A stretch of DNA of 64,000 nucleotides. Source: Lama glama. Lineage: Eukaryota. Positions 1 to 13,036 of the stretch are shown one piece after another. Each line of letters starts with the position of its first letter. Within the stretch, counting starts at the first letter, position 1. The stretch lies in contig CM052832.1 of NCBI GenBank assembly GCA_028534125.1, forward strand, positions 24,864,001 to 24,928,000. The letters run 5' to 3'. The notes below the pieces were generated by a model, which worked only from the letters and a program-made list of their open reading frames with translations, did not search any database and was not told the DNA's origin. The position numbers were made by a program, and so were the translations under genes.

Positions 1-1779
1 TACTGTGCCCATAATCATTTGATAAGGTTTCTATCCAATTATTTATCTACAAATATGAATAATGCCTAATTAAATAGTACTTGATTAAATTTGATTAGCA
101 GAAAAAAGTTACTCATAAAAATTTGTAAGAAACCTCCCAGTAACTCTATTCACTCACACGAGACCCTCCCAGAAATAACATTTTTCTCTTACTGTTTCAT
201 TCAGGTGATTTGAAATAAAGCCCAATTTTTTTTTAACAAGCTGATTGATAAACAATTTTGTTGCAAGATCAAATTTCTCAGGCCACAAACTCAGAAGTGC
301 CAAACGTGGAGCATTCTTTGTTCTTTCATAACTCTACTTAGTTTTTGTCTTGAGCCTGAAGTTTCCTGGTGGGAGAAATGGCTTGGTAAGTCAGAGTTCT
401 CTGAGTCATTTCGACTTTAAACTCTGTCAGCTCAGAACTTGCACCTCCATCTTTTCGTGGTGCCGTCTGAATTCTGAGACCATTATGGAAAGGCGAGGCA
501 TTGAGGGGGTCAGTGGACCCTGTCGACCGGCTTGGGTACATGCAGCATGTATTCCCTTGTCCTTAGTGCACTGGCCCCAAGTCCTCTGTCACTCAGCTAC
601 ATCCTTTGTGACCTCTGAGAAAACATTGCAGCCCCTGTGCCCCATAGGTCTCCAGGGGGCTTATGTGGGAGCACCTTGGGCCCATCTCTCAAGGTGTCCC
701 ATGCTGTCATCTCTCTCTCCTATGTCACAGCGAAACAGGAGGCACCATGGGTGCCTACCACCACTCAGAGCCCCAAGGGAAATTCAGGGCACAAAATGCT
801 CAAATTGATGTAGGGGATCCATGTCCCCCTGCCTTCCAAACTGGGCCAGAGTTAGCCGGGTGCAGACCCCATCACTGCTTCTCTCTTATTCTCCCTGATG
901 TTCCTTGTCGCCTTGTCCCCAGACAGAACTGAAACTTAAGAGCTGAGCACATTGGCTCTTATGTCATAGGATCAGGCATTTTCTCCAAATCTGTTGCTTA
1001 TGGCAGAAACACTTGCTTTTAATACCCAGGAGCCAGGCACAGAGACACAAAAGCCCTTTCTGACAACCTCTTATATCTGCTGGGAGTTCGAAAATCTGTT
1101 TTGAACTCAAAGGCTGAAAAATCTTATTCTAAATTATTCTGCTGTGGCCGTCCCTTCTTGAAGCTGTAAACCCTGAAAATATGACCCTCTGTAATCCTGG
1201 GGAGAGAAAAGCAAGGTTATCCCATAAATAACCGGGCAGAAGACGCTGTACCTGAATCCAGTCTCCATGCACCTGAGCCTCCAGGGGTCTGAGCCTCTAG
1301 GTCCTGGAGTCCCCAGCTTTCCCAGCCTCCCCTCAACAGCTGTCCCCCAAACTCAGGCTCTGGGTTCAGCAGCATGTCCATGGGGTAGGAGTGGTATCAC
1401 ATTGTATCCAGGTGTGCCCCAGCCCAAGTATGCTGGTCCTCAGGATGCTGAGAGAACAGGAGCACACATCCACCTGGGGACCTGTCTGCCCATGAGTTCT
1501 AATCATGCACTGAAGCCCCGAGGCCCCGCTGCCTGGTAACTTCATGACATCGCTGCTTCTACATGCTAAGAGGTAAACCCTCCACCAATACTCTCACCAG
1601 ATCATCATTAGCTCATGATTATATGAAGACCATTTTAACCACTGGGCTTGTGGACCAAAGCTGGGAGCCAAAATTGAGTTATAGTTTGTGCTGAGAGGCA
1701 TCCAAGCTCTTCAAGGGACCTAGATTACATGTTATGCCAGGTACAGATGGCTCTGCTCCATCCTTCTCATAGAACCTTT

Positions 1780-2205
1780 GCCTTTTAAAAGGGCACAGAT
1801 GTATCAGGAATCAAGACTATATTGTCCTACCTCCCTTGTGGTTCCAGATGTAACCAAGTAATTAAGTGTTGGTCAAAGAAACGTTAATACAAAAGTGTAG
1901 CAACTGCAGTGGAACCGCCTAGAAAGGTAGTTGGCACGCATTCGTTACATCACCCTGCCACCTGCCACCGAAGTGAGGTTGTGATCACTTTTGCACCACG
2001 AGGAAGGAAGTTATGCCCTAGGGATGGATGGTGGAGCAGTTTACTGGAGGAAGCCTTGTTTCCCTAAAGGTTTTGCTGAGTAGCTATAGATGCATCACAT
2101 TGCTTATCTCCAGACTTCTTAAGTGAAAGAGCAAAACCTTGTGTGTTTAAGCCACTGCTCATTTGGATGGTCTGTCTTATGCAGCCGAAGCAATTTCTGA
2201 TAGAT
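1780..2205 (+). mobile_element. Old MaLR LTR (MLT1-type), degraded
   Basis: MLT1-like 3' end GTTTAAGCCACTG...GCAGCC...; boundaries approximate. Confidence 0.6.
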
Positions 2206-2889
2206 CTAAATTATAACTAGGTCCAATTATGTTTGGGCTTGGCCTAAGGGTGGCGGAGGAGAGTGTCAGAGAGCCATCTGAAATTGTCAGCTTACAAGTA
2301 GTGATATTCATGAGTGACTCTTGAACTTGGCAATCAGGTGCAGAGAGGTTTTTATCCTGCAGCTGTGGAATGTGTGTTTGATGGTGTCTCCTTCCCTTCT
2401 AGCGGTGAGAGAAGTGGCTATAATACAAAGGGTCTGTCTATTGTGCTTCAAGGTGTCAAGTGCCCTTTTCTGGTAACTTGTGGGGATTTGCTGTGGTTGC
2501 CATGGAGACCAAGTGAATCTGAGTTCAACCACGACAGCTAGGCCTTTTTATTCAAAGGGACATATTTTGAAGAGGAAGCCAGTATGTAAGATGGTAAGGT
2601 GACTCATCTTTCATTAGTGCAGCGAAGCACGCCGAAGTCTTCCTTCAGGATCATAATGGATGTTATTCCAAGAAGCCCATAGTTGTGACTGGATCCTGGA
2701 ATAATTAATTAAATACATTTTCCCTACCCACCCAGCACCTGTCTTCAAAGAATTCTCTTCTTACAGAATTTTAAGGAGGAGAATTAAGTCATCAACTCAC
2801 CTGCTTCACCATATCAAATAAATATGTATTTTCCAGCCTTTTTTTTCCCCTCTCTCTCTCCCATACACTTGAAAATTGTTCTCTGAACC

Positions 2890-3070
2890 AGCAAGTTGTG
2901 ATGGAAATAGCACTGGACTTGGAGTTAAGAGACCCTTTTCCTGGCTGTTCTATTAATCAGCTGTATGGCTTTGGGTAGGACTGTTCTGGTCCTTAGTTGC
3001 TTCATTGGCTACATGAAGGGTAATGTGAAATGACCTTTAAGATTCTTTCCAAATGTAAGAATCCAAAATC
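2890..3070 (+). mobile_element. MIR SINE
   Basis: AGCACTGGACTTGGAGTTAAGAGACC...AGCTGTATGGCTTTGGG core-like sequence. Confidence 0.65.
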
Positions 3071-3124
3071 CCTTCTGATTTTAATTCTCTAGACCATGGC
3101 AAGTACCTTAATCAGGTTTCTTAA

Positions 3125-3215
3125 TTTCTATCTTCCCCAACTAGCATGTAAGTTTGTGTAACAGGTACTCAATACATGTTTATTTGATGAGTGAATGAAT
3201 GAATGAATGAATGCT
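3125..3215 (+). mobile_element. L2 3' end with (TGAA)n tail
   Basis: GTACTCAATACATGTTTATTTGATGAGTGAATGAATGAATG. Confidence 0.7.
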
Positions 3216-3989
3216 CAATCCATCATTCAGTCTGGCTTCAAGACTGATTTAACCAAACATTGTTTTGGGGTTTGTCTTTTCTTTTTCCCTTGTCAGTCAG
3301 ACTCAGAAATTGATTGTCATACCTGGAATCATTATCTACTAGAAGCAACTTGACTTTGGAACCAAGACCAGGGGCCCCTTGATTTCCATCAGCATCTCCA
3401 GCCCTTCTTTGACCCTCAATTGCACAGATCTTAACAGTCCCAGGAAATGGGAGGTTAATCTGCATCTCTGCTTCTTCCTGAGACAGAATTATGTGAATAA
3501 ACAAATAATCCCAGGTCTGGTCCCTAGTAGCATCCAAACTGTGCTCAAAGATTTTCAAATCTCCTGCGGGCACTTTTCAAAGCTTATTTCTTCCCCTGTT
3601 GCAGACTTTGAATCACTTTTCTCAGTCAAAGGTCAAAAGGAACCAAAGAAATTGAATCTCCTTCACAGCAATTTCTGTATAATTTCATGAAGGAAGGGAA
3701 ACCACACTGCAGAGGAAAAAGGAAGCAGACAGTGGAGGTCAAAAGTGACTGGGTTGAAATTCTGGGTCCCTGGACAAGTGTTCCTGGGGCCCCGTACTCT
3801 GCAGGCCCTCCAGGAGACCTTTCTGTTTCCAGTGGGTCTGGGAGACCAGCACCTAATCAGAGGTGTGCCGTAAAGCAAAGTGCACTCCTTCCTGAGTCAT
3901 CTCCTCTGTGGGGTACAGGCTTCCTGGCTTCATGGTCACCTCTTGTCCCTAGGATTTAGAGACCTTCCACAAAGAGGGAAGATGAGACT

Positions 3990-4250
3990 AATTTTGTGTG
4001 AGCCAGGGACTACGTTGTGCAATATTTCACTTAATCCTTACAGGACCCATGTGAAAGCTGTTATTGCAGCTCCTTTACAGATGAGGAAGAGGCTCAAAAT
4101 AATGTCCCATTGTATACACAACCCACAACTTCTCTATCCAGTCATCTGCTGATGGACATTTATAAATTGCTTCCTTAAACTCACCTTCCAGGAAATGCCA
4201 AATGGCAGATTCAACCCAAGTTTTCCATGTCTCCAGAGCCAGCAGTCTTT
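3990..4250 (-). mobile_element. MIR interrupted by a ~75-bp L1 fragment (~4101-4175)
   Basis: TTTACAGATGAGGAAGAGGCTC (MIR core, reverse), then L1-like TATCCAGTCATCTGCTGATGGACATTT, then MIR-like sequence resumes. Confidence 0.6.
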
Positions 4251-4479
4251 GCTTCTTTCCAGGCAATCCCTTTCCAGGCCTGTTGTGGGGCACCTGGGCT
4301 GAGTTCTCAGCCTCCGTATTTATTACTATCTCCAGGGGTTGCTGGGTGCCAGAGGGTTTGTGTGGTATTGCCATTTTATAGAGAAAATTTCAACTCAAGA
4401 ATCTGATTTCTGATGGTGGTTTGTCTGAATTCTGATGGTTCTGATGATTGTCTAATGACCTATTAGTTTTTTCTCTTTT

Positions 4480-5900
4480 GCTTAATTTAATTTTTCACTG
4501 TATAACACATCTTCATGGTTCAAAATCAAAATCAAAACGATATAAAAAGCCTTTCTCAGAGATGTCTCATTTCCATTCCTATCCATTCCATTCCTATCCT
4601 TCCCCAGACTCCTCCTCACATCTGTTATAGGTGACCATAGTTTCTGGCGTATTCTTCTAGTATTTCTTTCTACAAAAGAACTAGAACACATATGCACACA
4701 TACATGCATGAATGCGTAAGTAATATATTTGTATATGTATATTTATAATCTTATTTTCTCTGATTTTATACATAAGCATAGCTGTTTGCACCGTTTTTGA
4801 CTTAGCAATGTATCCTGGAGAACACTCCATGTCTATAGAACTCTCTCTATATTCTTTTTATGTGGCTGCCAAGCACACCATTGTGTACTAGACCCTTACT
4901 ACTAGTCTATTAACCTCATTGGTTTTCACTGATGGAGATTTGTATTTCCAATCCTTTGCTATTACAAAATAATTCTGCGTTTAATGGCTTTACGCAAATA
5001 TGTTTCATATTGGTGGCGGTAGGTGTATTTCAGGCAGTTTCCAAGAAGCTGGGTCACAAGGTACATACATATGTAATTTGGTTAGCTGTTGCTAAACTCC
5101 TCTCCATAGAGGCTGCACCATTTTGCACTCCCACCTGCAATATGTAAAGTGCCAGATGCTTTAAGCCCAGCCAACAGAATGTATTGTTCAACTCTTGGAG
5201 TTTCCACCAATCTGATAGGTGAGAAATAGCTCAGTACAATTTTAATCTAAATTTCCCTTATTGATTGAACCTTGTTTTCATATTTTTAAAGGCCATCTCC
5301 TTTATTTTCTCATGGATTGTCTGCCTGTGCACTTTAACCATTTTTACATCAATTTTTTCTTTTGTTGTTGTTGTGAATGATGATTTCTTTAAAGAGTGTT
5401 TTAACTGTTTGGGAGCTTAGTCTCTTATTGAAGTAAGTTGCAGATATTCCCCCAAATTTGTCATTTTTCGTGTGTTTTCGTCACACAAAATACTGTATTA
5501 ATGCTTGGACAAGTTTGTCAATCTGTTCCTTTATTTCTTCTGAACAGTGAGTCATAGGAAGGCTTTCCAACTGCTAAGTGGAAATTTACCCATTTTCTTA
5601 GAAAAATAAATCAGTTTCATTTGTTACATTGAGATCTCTAACCATTTGGAGTTTTTCCTGATATTCTGTATGATGTATGGATCCAATTTCATATTTTTTC
5701 CAAATGATTTTTCAGTTGTCCCAACATCTTTTATTAAGAAGTGCAACTTCCCCCTTTATTTGAGATACCACCTTTATCATACCTTAAATGTATTCTGTCT
5801 CTTTCTGGACTTTTAATTTCGTTCTATTTGTCTTTCTACTCATTCTTACTACATTTTTAATGAGAGGACAATAGTTATCTACATTTGAGGCTAAATGCCA
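4480..5900 (-). mobile_element. Ancient L1 (L1M/L1ME-type) 3' region
   Basis: Reverse L1 motifs TTTGCACTCCCACCTGCAATATG, CCAATCTGATAGGTGAGAAAT, CAGTTGTCCCAACATCTTTTATT. Confidence 0.75.
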
Positions 5901-6876
5901 CCATTTACTGATTTTTCCCTTTGTTGTTGCCTTTCTGTGCACACTCTGTTTTATTTTTGTTGAAATCAGGTTTTGTGTATTTGGCAAGAAATAAGGACCT
6001 ACCATACTCCAGATACCAGTGGTGGGAGGACATGGGGTGGGAACAAAGAGTCCTTGTCCAAAGCAGGGAGACACTCAGCAGCACATCCCTCTTAGGCTTG
6101 TCTCTGCATAGTGATTATGGAACCTTCCCCCTAAGCCTCAGTGATTATTCTGAAAGATTTGGGGATGTGCCTGCAGGAAGTTGAGGTTCTTTATCCATCA
6201 GAGATTTTAAAACAGGACAAGTGAGCGCATGGTTGTTCAGGATCATTCTCCTACCAAGTCCTTTCTATGGACACCCTGACAGTAAGGCATTTTTCCACCA
6301 GGACTGGTTTTGCAGCTTGGCCACTGGGTTCAAGTTGAACTAATATCCAATTATGTCATCAGCTATGGTAGCAGATATGGTATGTTACTCTTGCACCAAG
6401 TGACAGCTAACTTCTTTCAAATATTCTCTTTTCTACAAATTCCAGATTCTTCCTGTTTGGCTGGGACGTATCTCATGAGCATTGAGATGATGTTATATGG
6501 TAGTCTGTGTAATGTCTCCATTCTGCTCTGTCATCACAAAGTTGTGCTAATGACACTCTTGAGTACTGCCAAACAAGTACTCTGAGCCACTTGGGGGCCC
6601 ATTCCCCCCCGGTTGCTTCCCCTCCCCTGTCTCCTTCTTGCAGCTTTTGTGCTTCATTCACTGCTTCACAGCCCCAAAGTTTTACAGAGATTTCTGAGGA
6701 AAGCACCCTTTCAGTTTCATCTGAAACTATTTTCTCCAAGGAGCCAAACACAGGTCCATGGGGGCCCCTCCAGAAGACCAGTCTATGAGGCAGATGTTAA
6801 TGGGCTCTCAAACTCTCTCCTCTCCTCTTTAGCCAAAACCCTTCTCTTAGAGATCCACAATCATCCTGCTCATCCC

Positions 6877-7321
6877 TGTTACGCATTAACTTGCGTCCCC
6901 CGAGAAGATGTGTTGAAGCCCTAACACCCTGTGCCTCAGAGTGTGACCTTATTTGGAAATAGGGTCGCTACAGATGTAGTTAGTTAAGATGAGGTCACAC
7001 TGGAGTCAGGGATGGGGGCTTTCGCCCACTACAGCTTAAAAGAAGCGAACAGAAATGTACAAGAAGAAGACTTAGCCATGCAACAGAGACTAAAGTGTTG
7101 TAGCTGAAAAACCAAGGAATGGCGAGGGTGGCCAGCAAACCACCAGAAGCTTCGAAGAGGGAGGAAGGACTCTCCCCTGCAGGTTTCAGAGGGAGCTTGG
7201 CCCTGCCAGTACCTTGATTTCAGACTTCTGGCCTCCAGAACTGTGAGAGGACACATTTCTGTCATTTTAAGCCAATCCAGTGTGTGGTACTTTTATATGG
7301 CAGCTCTAGGAAACTCATATA
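6877..7321 (+). mobile_element. MaLR solo LTR (MLT1A/B/C-type)
   Basis: TGTTA... start, GTGACCTTATTTGGAAATAGGGTC, GACTTCTGGCCTCCAGAACTGTGAGA; exact 5-bp TSD ATCCC at 6872-6876 and 7322-7326. Confidence 0.9.
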
Positions 7322-7659
7322 ATCCCAAAGTGTTTTTTCAGGAGGATTTTGACCCACACAATTCCTGCCCCGAGATGCAGACACAAGGGAAAGCATCATA
7401 TGTGGAGGCACTCTTTTCTCCCTTTTTATAAGACACTAGTTTTTATTTGTCCAAAGAGTAAGATCAGCTCATAGGGAATGAGGTGCTATTACCGGTCCTG
7501 TGTTCCCACAGTGAAGTAGGGTCAGCAGAAAGCACCTCTGCTCTTGCCAGGAGGCAGTGCTGCTGGCAGGCACCAGCCCTCTTCTCCAGCCAGGTGGTCC
7601 TCCTGGTTGCCTGTTTTCCTACCTGGAATTATCCTTACCTCCACTCTCTTGCGCAAAGC

Positions 7660-7935
7660 CCTACCTATCCCAGAGGCTCAGTTAAAGTGCCTTTCCCTCC
7701 ACAAAGCCTGTCTTGACTGGACCAGAGCACAGTGACCTCTCCCACCTCTGCATTCCTTCCATAATCTCTGTACTTCTTGCTGGTGTATGTAGTGTGTGTT
7801 CCTTGCTATCTCACACAGGTATGTCTCCCTTATTCTGACCTGATGATAAGTGCCTCAAGGCCAGGGATTATGCTTCTGGGCATTTAGTGCATTGCCTTGC
7901 ACATGTGAGAGCCCAGGAAATTCAGTAAAGAACAG
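7660..7935 (+). mobile_element. L2 3' fragment
   Basis: GCTCAGTTAAAGTGCCTTTCCCTCCACAAAGCC...GCCTCAAGGCCAGGGA...CCTTGCACAT. Confidence 0.55.
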
Positions 7936-8329
7936 AATAGGTCCAAAAGTAAATCATCAACCACACACTAAACAGGACCCCAGTAACCACGAACAGGAAA
8001 ATAAGTAAGCAATGAGGGTTCTTTTTGAAAATGAGGAAACACAGCAAAGATCCTGGGGAGCAAAACATCTAAAATGACATTTCTTGCTATAATAAATTTA
8101 GGAAGAGCCAACGGACTAAAGAAGGCTATTTACTTAAAAATGACTTCTCAATCTCTGCTCAAATTTTGTGTTTTGTTTGTACTTACAGTTCCTTCTCTGT
8201 CAGGATTTTGGCTCAGGGTTCATTGTTTTAGTCAATGTTTTGTACTCTTTTCTTTGAAGATACCTTGAATTTATGAAATTTTATCACTAGAAAGAAGCTT
8301 AGAGATTTTCTTGTTCATTCTGAGGCAGA

Positions 8330-8540
8330 AGAAAGACAGAATTTGGAGCCAGTCTTAAGTAAAAAGCCAGTCCTCTGTTTATTAACTGCAGGATGTTGTG
8401 TAAGTTATTCATCTCTTTGAACTTTGATTTCCTTACTTAATAATGGGATAATAAGTGTCTTCCAGGAGCAGTTATTAGGAGGATTAAAACTGCTGTGGAC
8501 ATTGATTGGGCACATAAAGAAGGCACATAAAAATGGTAGC
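8330..8540 (+). mobile_element. MIR SINE
   Basis: TTTGGAGCCAG...AAGTTATTCATCTCTTTGAAC...AATGGGATAATAA...GAGGATTAAA. Confidence 0.7.
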
Positions 8541-9384
8541 TTTTTCATAGAAACTGGAAAACTTGTCCTTGGAATAAGTCAGATCAGTGTTTTCAAATTC
8601 TGTTTCTTAGAGCCCAAGAGGTGTGAATATGTGACCCTGCAGCCACCATGTTGGCAGCAGCTGGAAAGGGCTGCCCAATGGGCAGAGTTCTTGTCCCCAA
8701 ATCCTCTTCAACCAGGAAAGCACCATTTTCATCTATTTCATATACTGGAGCTCTATGTAGGATTGGCCTATTTAAAAAAAAAAGAGAGAGAGAGTTCAAA
8801 AAGTTTAAACTCTCCGGGTAGGACAGTGCCTTTTACTCTATGTTTACCAAAGCATGCCTCTCTTAGCTACTAAAACTAAGTATCTATCATTTAAAACAAA
8901 AGCCCCATTATTCGGAGAAATACGTTTGCTATCAGTGGGTCTTTTGAAAATCCTCTGATAATTGGGAAAACTATTACTGTCTTCCACAAAAGAAAGTTAA
9001 CACCCAGAAAGTTAACTTGCTCCAAAAAAAGTGTATCGGATAAATGTTCAATAAATACCTAAACTACATATATCATAATGTTTTGAAAGAATACATGAAA
9101 TAAATGCTGGAAGATCTTTGCTACAAAAGCATAGGAAACTATTATTATGTTCATGCTGTTCCATCGTCTGTATTCAATTTGTACTCTTATCTTCACCATG
9201 CTCCCTGCAATTTGGAGATTAAACCCATGGCAGGGATTGAAGGTCATCCAAACAAAGCTCAAACCCAAAAAAGGTCTCATAACTCTGATCAGTTAGAACA
9301 ACAGTGTCCAAGAGAAGTTAGAATAACAGGGAGAACGTCTCATAAATGGGATGTTAGTGCTATTACTGTAGCTGCTGGGTACCA

Positions 9385-9595
9385 CCAAGACATTACTACG
9401 TGCCAGGCACTGTGCTAAGTACTTGAATTATCACAACACCCACAAAGAAGGTATCATTATCCCCATTCTACAGACAAGAAAACTGAGGTCCAAAGAGTTT
9501 AAGTAATTGCACATTTTCACCTAGCTAGTAAGTGGAGTAACCAAGGTCTATGTAGGTTGTCTGACTCATAGACCAGGCTTTTAATTACTATGATA
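9385..9595 (-). mobile_element. MIR SINE
   Basis: GTGCCAGGCACTGTGCTAAG...ATCCCCATTCTACAGACAAGAAAACTGAGG. Confidence 0.8.
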
Positions 9596-9864
9596 CTCTA
9601 ATTATTAGGAAGGTAATAATGGACAAGATAATGCTTCTGACTTTTTGGACCTGCAGGTTTTCCATGAAAAAATTCAGTATAATTATACCCTCTCTTTCTG
9701 TTTTAGAAAAATGTAGAAATGCTTTATTGACTGAATAAAATATTTTAGGCCTATAAGTACAATCTCAGTTCAAAAAGACAGACAGATCATGTGTATTTGC
9801 CTATCCTTTCTCCCAAGATCCTATTGAAATGTCAATAAAGATATATAAAGAATGAGTAAGTCTA

Positions 9865-10683
9865 ATACAGATGGCGATAGGTACATGAAAAAAATGCTCA
9901 GCATCACTAATTATTAGAGAAATGCTAATCAAAACTACAATGAGGTACCACCTCACACTGGTCAGAATGGCCATCATTAAAAAGTCTACAAATAACAAAT
10001 GCTGGAGAGGGTGTGGAGAAAAGGGAACCCTCCTACACTGTTGGTAGGGATGTAAGTTGATACAGCCACTATGGAAAACAGTATGGAGGTTCCTTTAAAA
10101 ACTAAAATAGAGTTGCCATATGATCCAGCAACCCCACTCCTGGATATATACTCAGAGTAAATTCTAACTTTAAAAGACACATGCATCCTGATGTTCATAG
10201 CAGCACTATTTACAATAGCCAAGAGTTGGAAGCAACCTACTCAGCCATAAAAAATGAGGTAATGCCATTTGCAGCAACATGGATGGACCTAGAGATTATC
10301 ATACTAAGTGAAGTAAGTCAGGAAGAGAAAGACAGATACCATATGATACCACTTATATGTGGAATCTAAAATATGTCACAGATGAATTTATTTACAAAAC
10401 AGAAACAGACCCACAGATACAGAAAACAAACTTATGGTTACCAAAGGGGGAAGGGGATAGAGGAGCGATAAATTAGGAGTTTGGGATCTTCAGTTAGAAA
10501 CTACTATATATAAAATAGATAAACAACAAGGTATATAGCACAGGGAACCATATTCAATATCCTGTAATAAACCATAATGGAAAAAAATACAAAAAAGAAT
10601 ATATATATATGTATAACTGAATCACTTTGCTGTATACCAGAAACTAACACAATATTGTAAATAAACTACACTTCAATTTAAAA
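9865..10683 (+). mobile_element. 5'-truncated L1 (ORF2 C-terminus + 3'UTR + A tail)
   Basis: ORF2 C-terminal remnant (MPFAATWMDLEIIILSEVSQ in ORF 10181-10369); 18-bp TSD AAAGAATGAGTAAGTCTA 9847-9864 / AAAGAATGAATAAGTTTA 10684-10701 (2 mismatches). Confidence 0.93.
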
Positions 10684-11930
10684 AAAGAATGAATAAGTTT
10701 ATTAGAATGCTGAAAACCAATAGGATGTCATCAGCAGAAATTTCAATGACTTAGATAAATGTCTGGGAGTCAGAGAGCAGATTAGACCGTATCAATGTAC
10801 TAGAGCAGAGTGATGCACAAGCCAAAACACACAAGTGATAAGTCTTCAGCTGTGATCCTCACCTAGAGGCTCCAACCTTGGGGCCCATGGGTAGAGAGAA
10901 CAAACATGGGCCTGGGGCAGTGATCAGAGGAGCTAACTACATAACAGATAAACCACAGACCAGGTGGTCCACTCAGGCCTTCCCTCCCCACTCCACATAC
11001 AGAGCAGCTCTTTACCCTCACCTGGAGCATAAATGACTGCATCCTGAAGACAGCAGATCTTCCTGAAGGGAATGGGGACTTGGGTGAAGGCAGAAGTACA
11101 ATCCAACCTGTGGGGGATTTACAGCCTCCTCAATAAACGTAAATCCAGCTCCACTCCAAAGTGGAGTTCCACCCCTGGATAAGCTCTTCCTCTTCCTCCT
11201 TGGGCAATTGTGATGGTCCTGAACTTGCCGGCTAAATGAAAGCTTGACTGTGGCAAATCCATCCATTTACACAGGGCTACAGTCAGCTCTCCCATTCAGA
11301 AAATGGCCTTCTGAGTAAACACACTTGTTGGTGAAATCCACTCAATCTATATTAATCAACATCATTCTTCATACGTATGAACGGTCAACAAAGGATCACC
11401 AGGCATTCGAGGAAAATCAACAAGAAGCAAGATAAAGACAGATGAACACAGACTGGCTTCTGAGGAAACAGCAAAAACAGTGAGAGATACCTTACAAAAT
11501 ATCTAATTATCTTCACAGAGATTTGAGAGGCTATTGCATCCTTAAAGAAAGTACTGACTGCTATGGGGGTAAAGTGGATCAGTCAGAGAACAAGAAAAAA
11601 ATGCTAGAAATTTGAAATGATTATCAGAATTTTCAAGAATTATGTGAAAGAGCCAAATAGTGGAATGGAATTAGGGATATGATTTATAAAAGTGAAGACA
11701 CATCCCAGGGAGCCAGATGAAAAAGAAAAAGACATAGATAATTGAAGAGAAAAATTAAGTCAGTAAAAAGAGGTTTTTTAAAAGATTCAGTATTTGAAAG
11801 CAGTTGTAAAAAAAGAAAAGAAAAGAAAAGAAAAACAGTTCTAAAAACAATGGAAGAGATCAATTTAAAAAGTTAAAAAAATAAAAACAATGAAAGAGAG
11901 AATGTAATAAAAAAAATAATAAAGTGCTTT

Positions 11931-12203
11931 TTTTTTTTTTTTGGTCTGGTGAGGGCTGAAAGAAATGTAATTACCACTCAGTTCTGTTTTAGTGTTTATA
12001 GGGTGAATTTTTTTTCATTTTTTTTAACATTTTTTATTGATTTATAATGATTTTACAATGTTGTGTAAATTCTTTGTACAACCCAATTTTGCAATTATAC
12101 ATAAACATATATATATTCATTGTCACATTTTTTTCTCTGAGAGCTACTGTAAGATCTTGTATATATTTCCCTGTGCTATGCAGTATAATCTTGTTTATCT
12201 ATC
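11931..12203 (-). mobile_element. Young camelid-type L1 3' end (12008-12203) plus 65-bp extra segment (11943-12007) and second poly(A)
   Basis: Perfect 15-bp TSD ATAATAAAGTGCTTT at 11916-11930 and 12204-12218; L1 tail TTTTTAACATTTTTTATTGATTTATAAT. Confidence 0.88.
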
Positions 12204-13036
12204 ATAATAAAGTGCTTTGATCTGAGAAAAGACTCAGGTCTACAAACTGAAAAAGCCCAACAAATGTCAAAAATTTGAATAAAATGACCCTCGGTTGTAC
12301 ATGCACATCTGTAGAAACTGTAGAATACTAGGACTAAAGAGAAAAATCCCGAAGTTTTCCAGAGAGAAAAGTAAGATATCACCAAAGAACAAATATAAGA
12401 TGGACAGCAGACCTCTAGCAACACTGAAAGCTAGAAGACCATGTAATGTCTCATCTACTGAGGGAGAAGGATTTGGAGTCTAGACAATCAAGCGCGAGGG
12501 CAAAACTGAGATTACAGATACACAGTGATGCAGAAACTCAATGTTCCATGCATCCTTAACAAGTTTCTTAAGTGTGTGTTCTCACAGAACATACAAGGAA
12601 CCCAAGAGGAAGGATAGCATGAGATTCAAAAACATAAGGTACTAATCTAGAGAATACTGAAATGAAATCTCAGTTTGACAATTGTGCAGCAAATCCAGGA
12701 GACAGTGAGTCCAAAAAAGTCAAAGGACTCTGTGAAGAATGTCTTCAAGAAGAAAATAGATTTCAATATGAAAGATAAAGCAATCATCTCTTTGTTAACA
12801 AGGAAAAAGAATGCCAGGGGAAAAAACAAAAAAATTTAAAAATCTGTACCAAAAAAACCTTTTTCAGGTATGAGACAAACTAAAATATACATCATTTTGA
12901 GGAGCTACAGAGAAAAGGAGAGAACATTGATTTGATTTTAATGGTTAGAATTTGAGTGAGACAAGTTTAATGAAATAAAACTATCTTCATTTTTTCTATG
13001 CATCAAATCACCCTAACTGGTTGTACAGTAAGTGAT

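Noticed and set aside
350..808. 152-aa ORF
   Set aside because: Non-ATG start, no recognisable domain and no exon structure.
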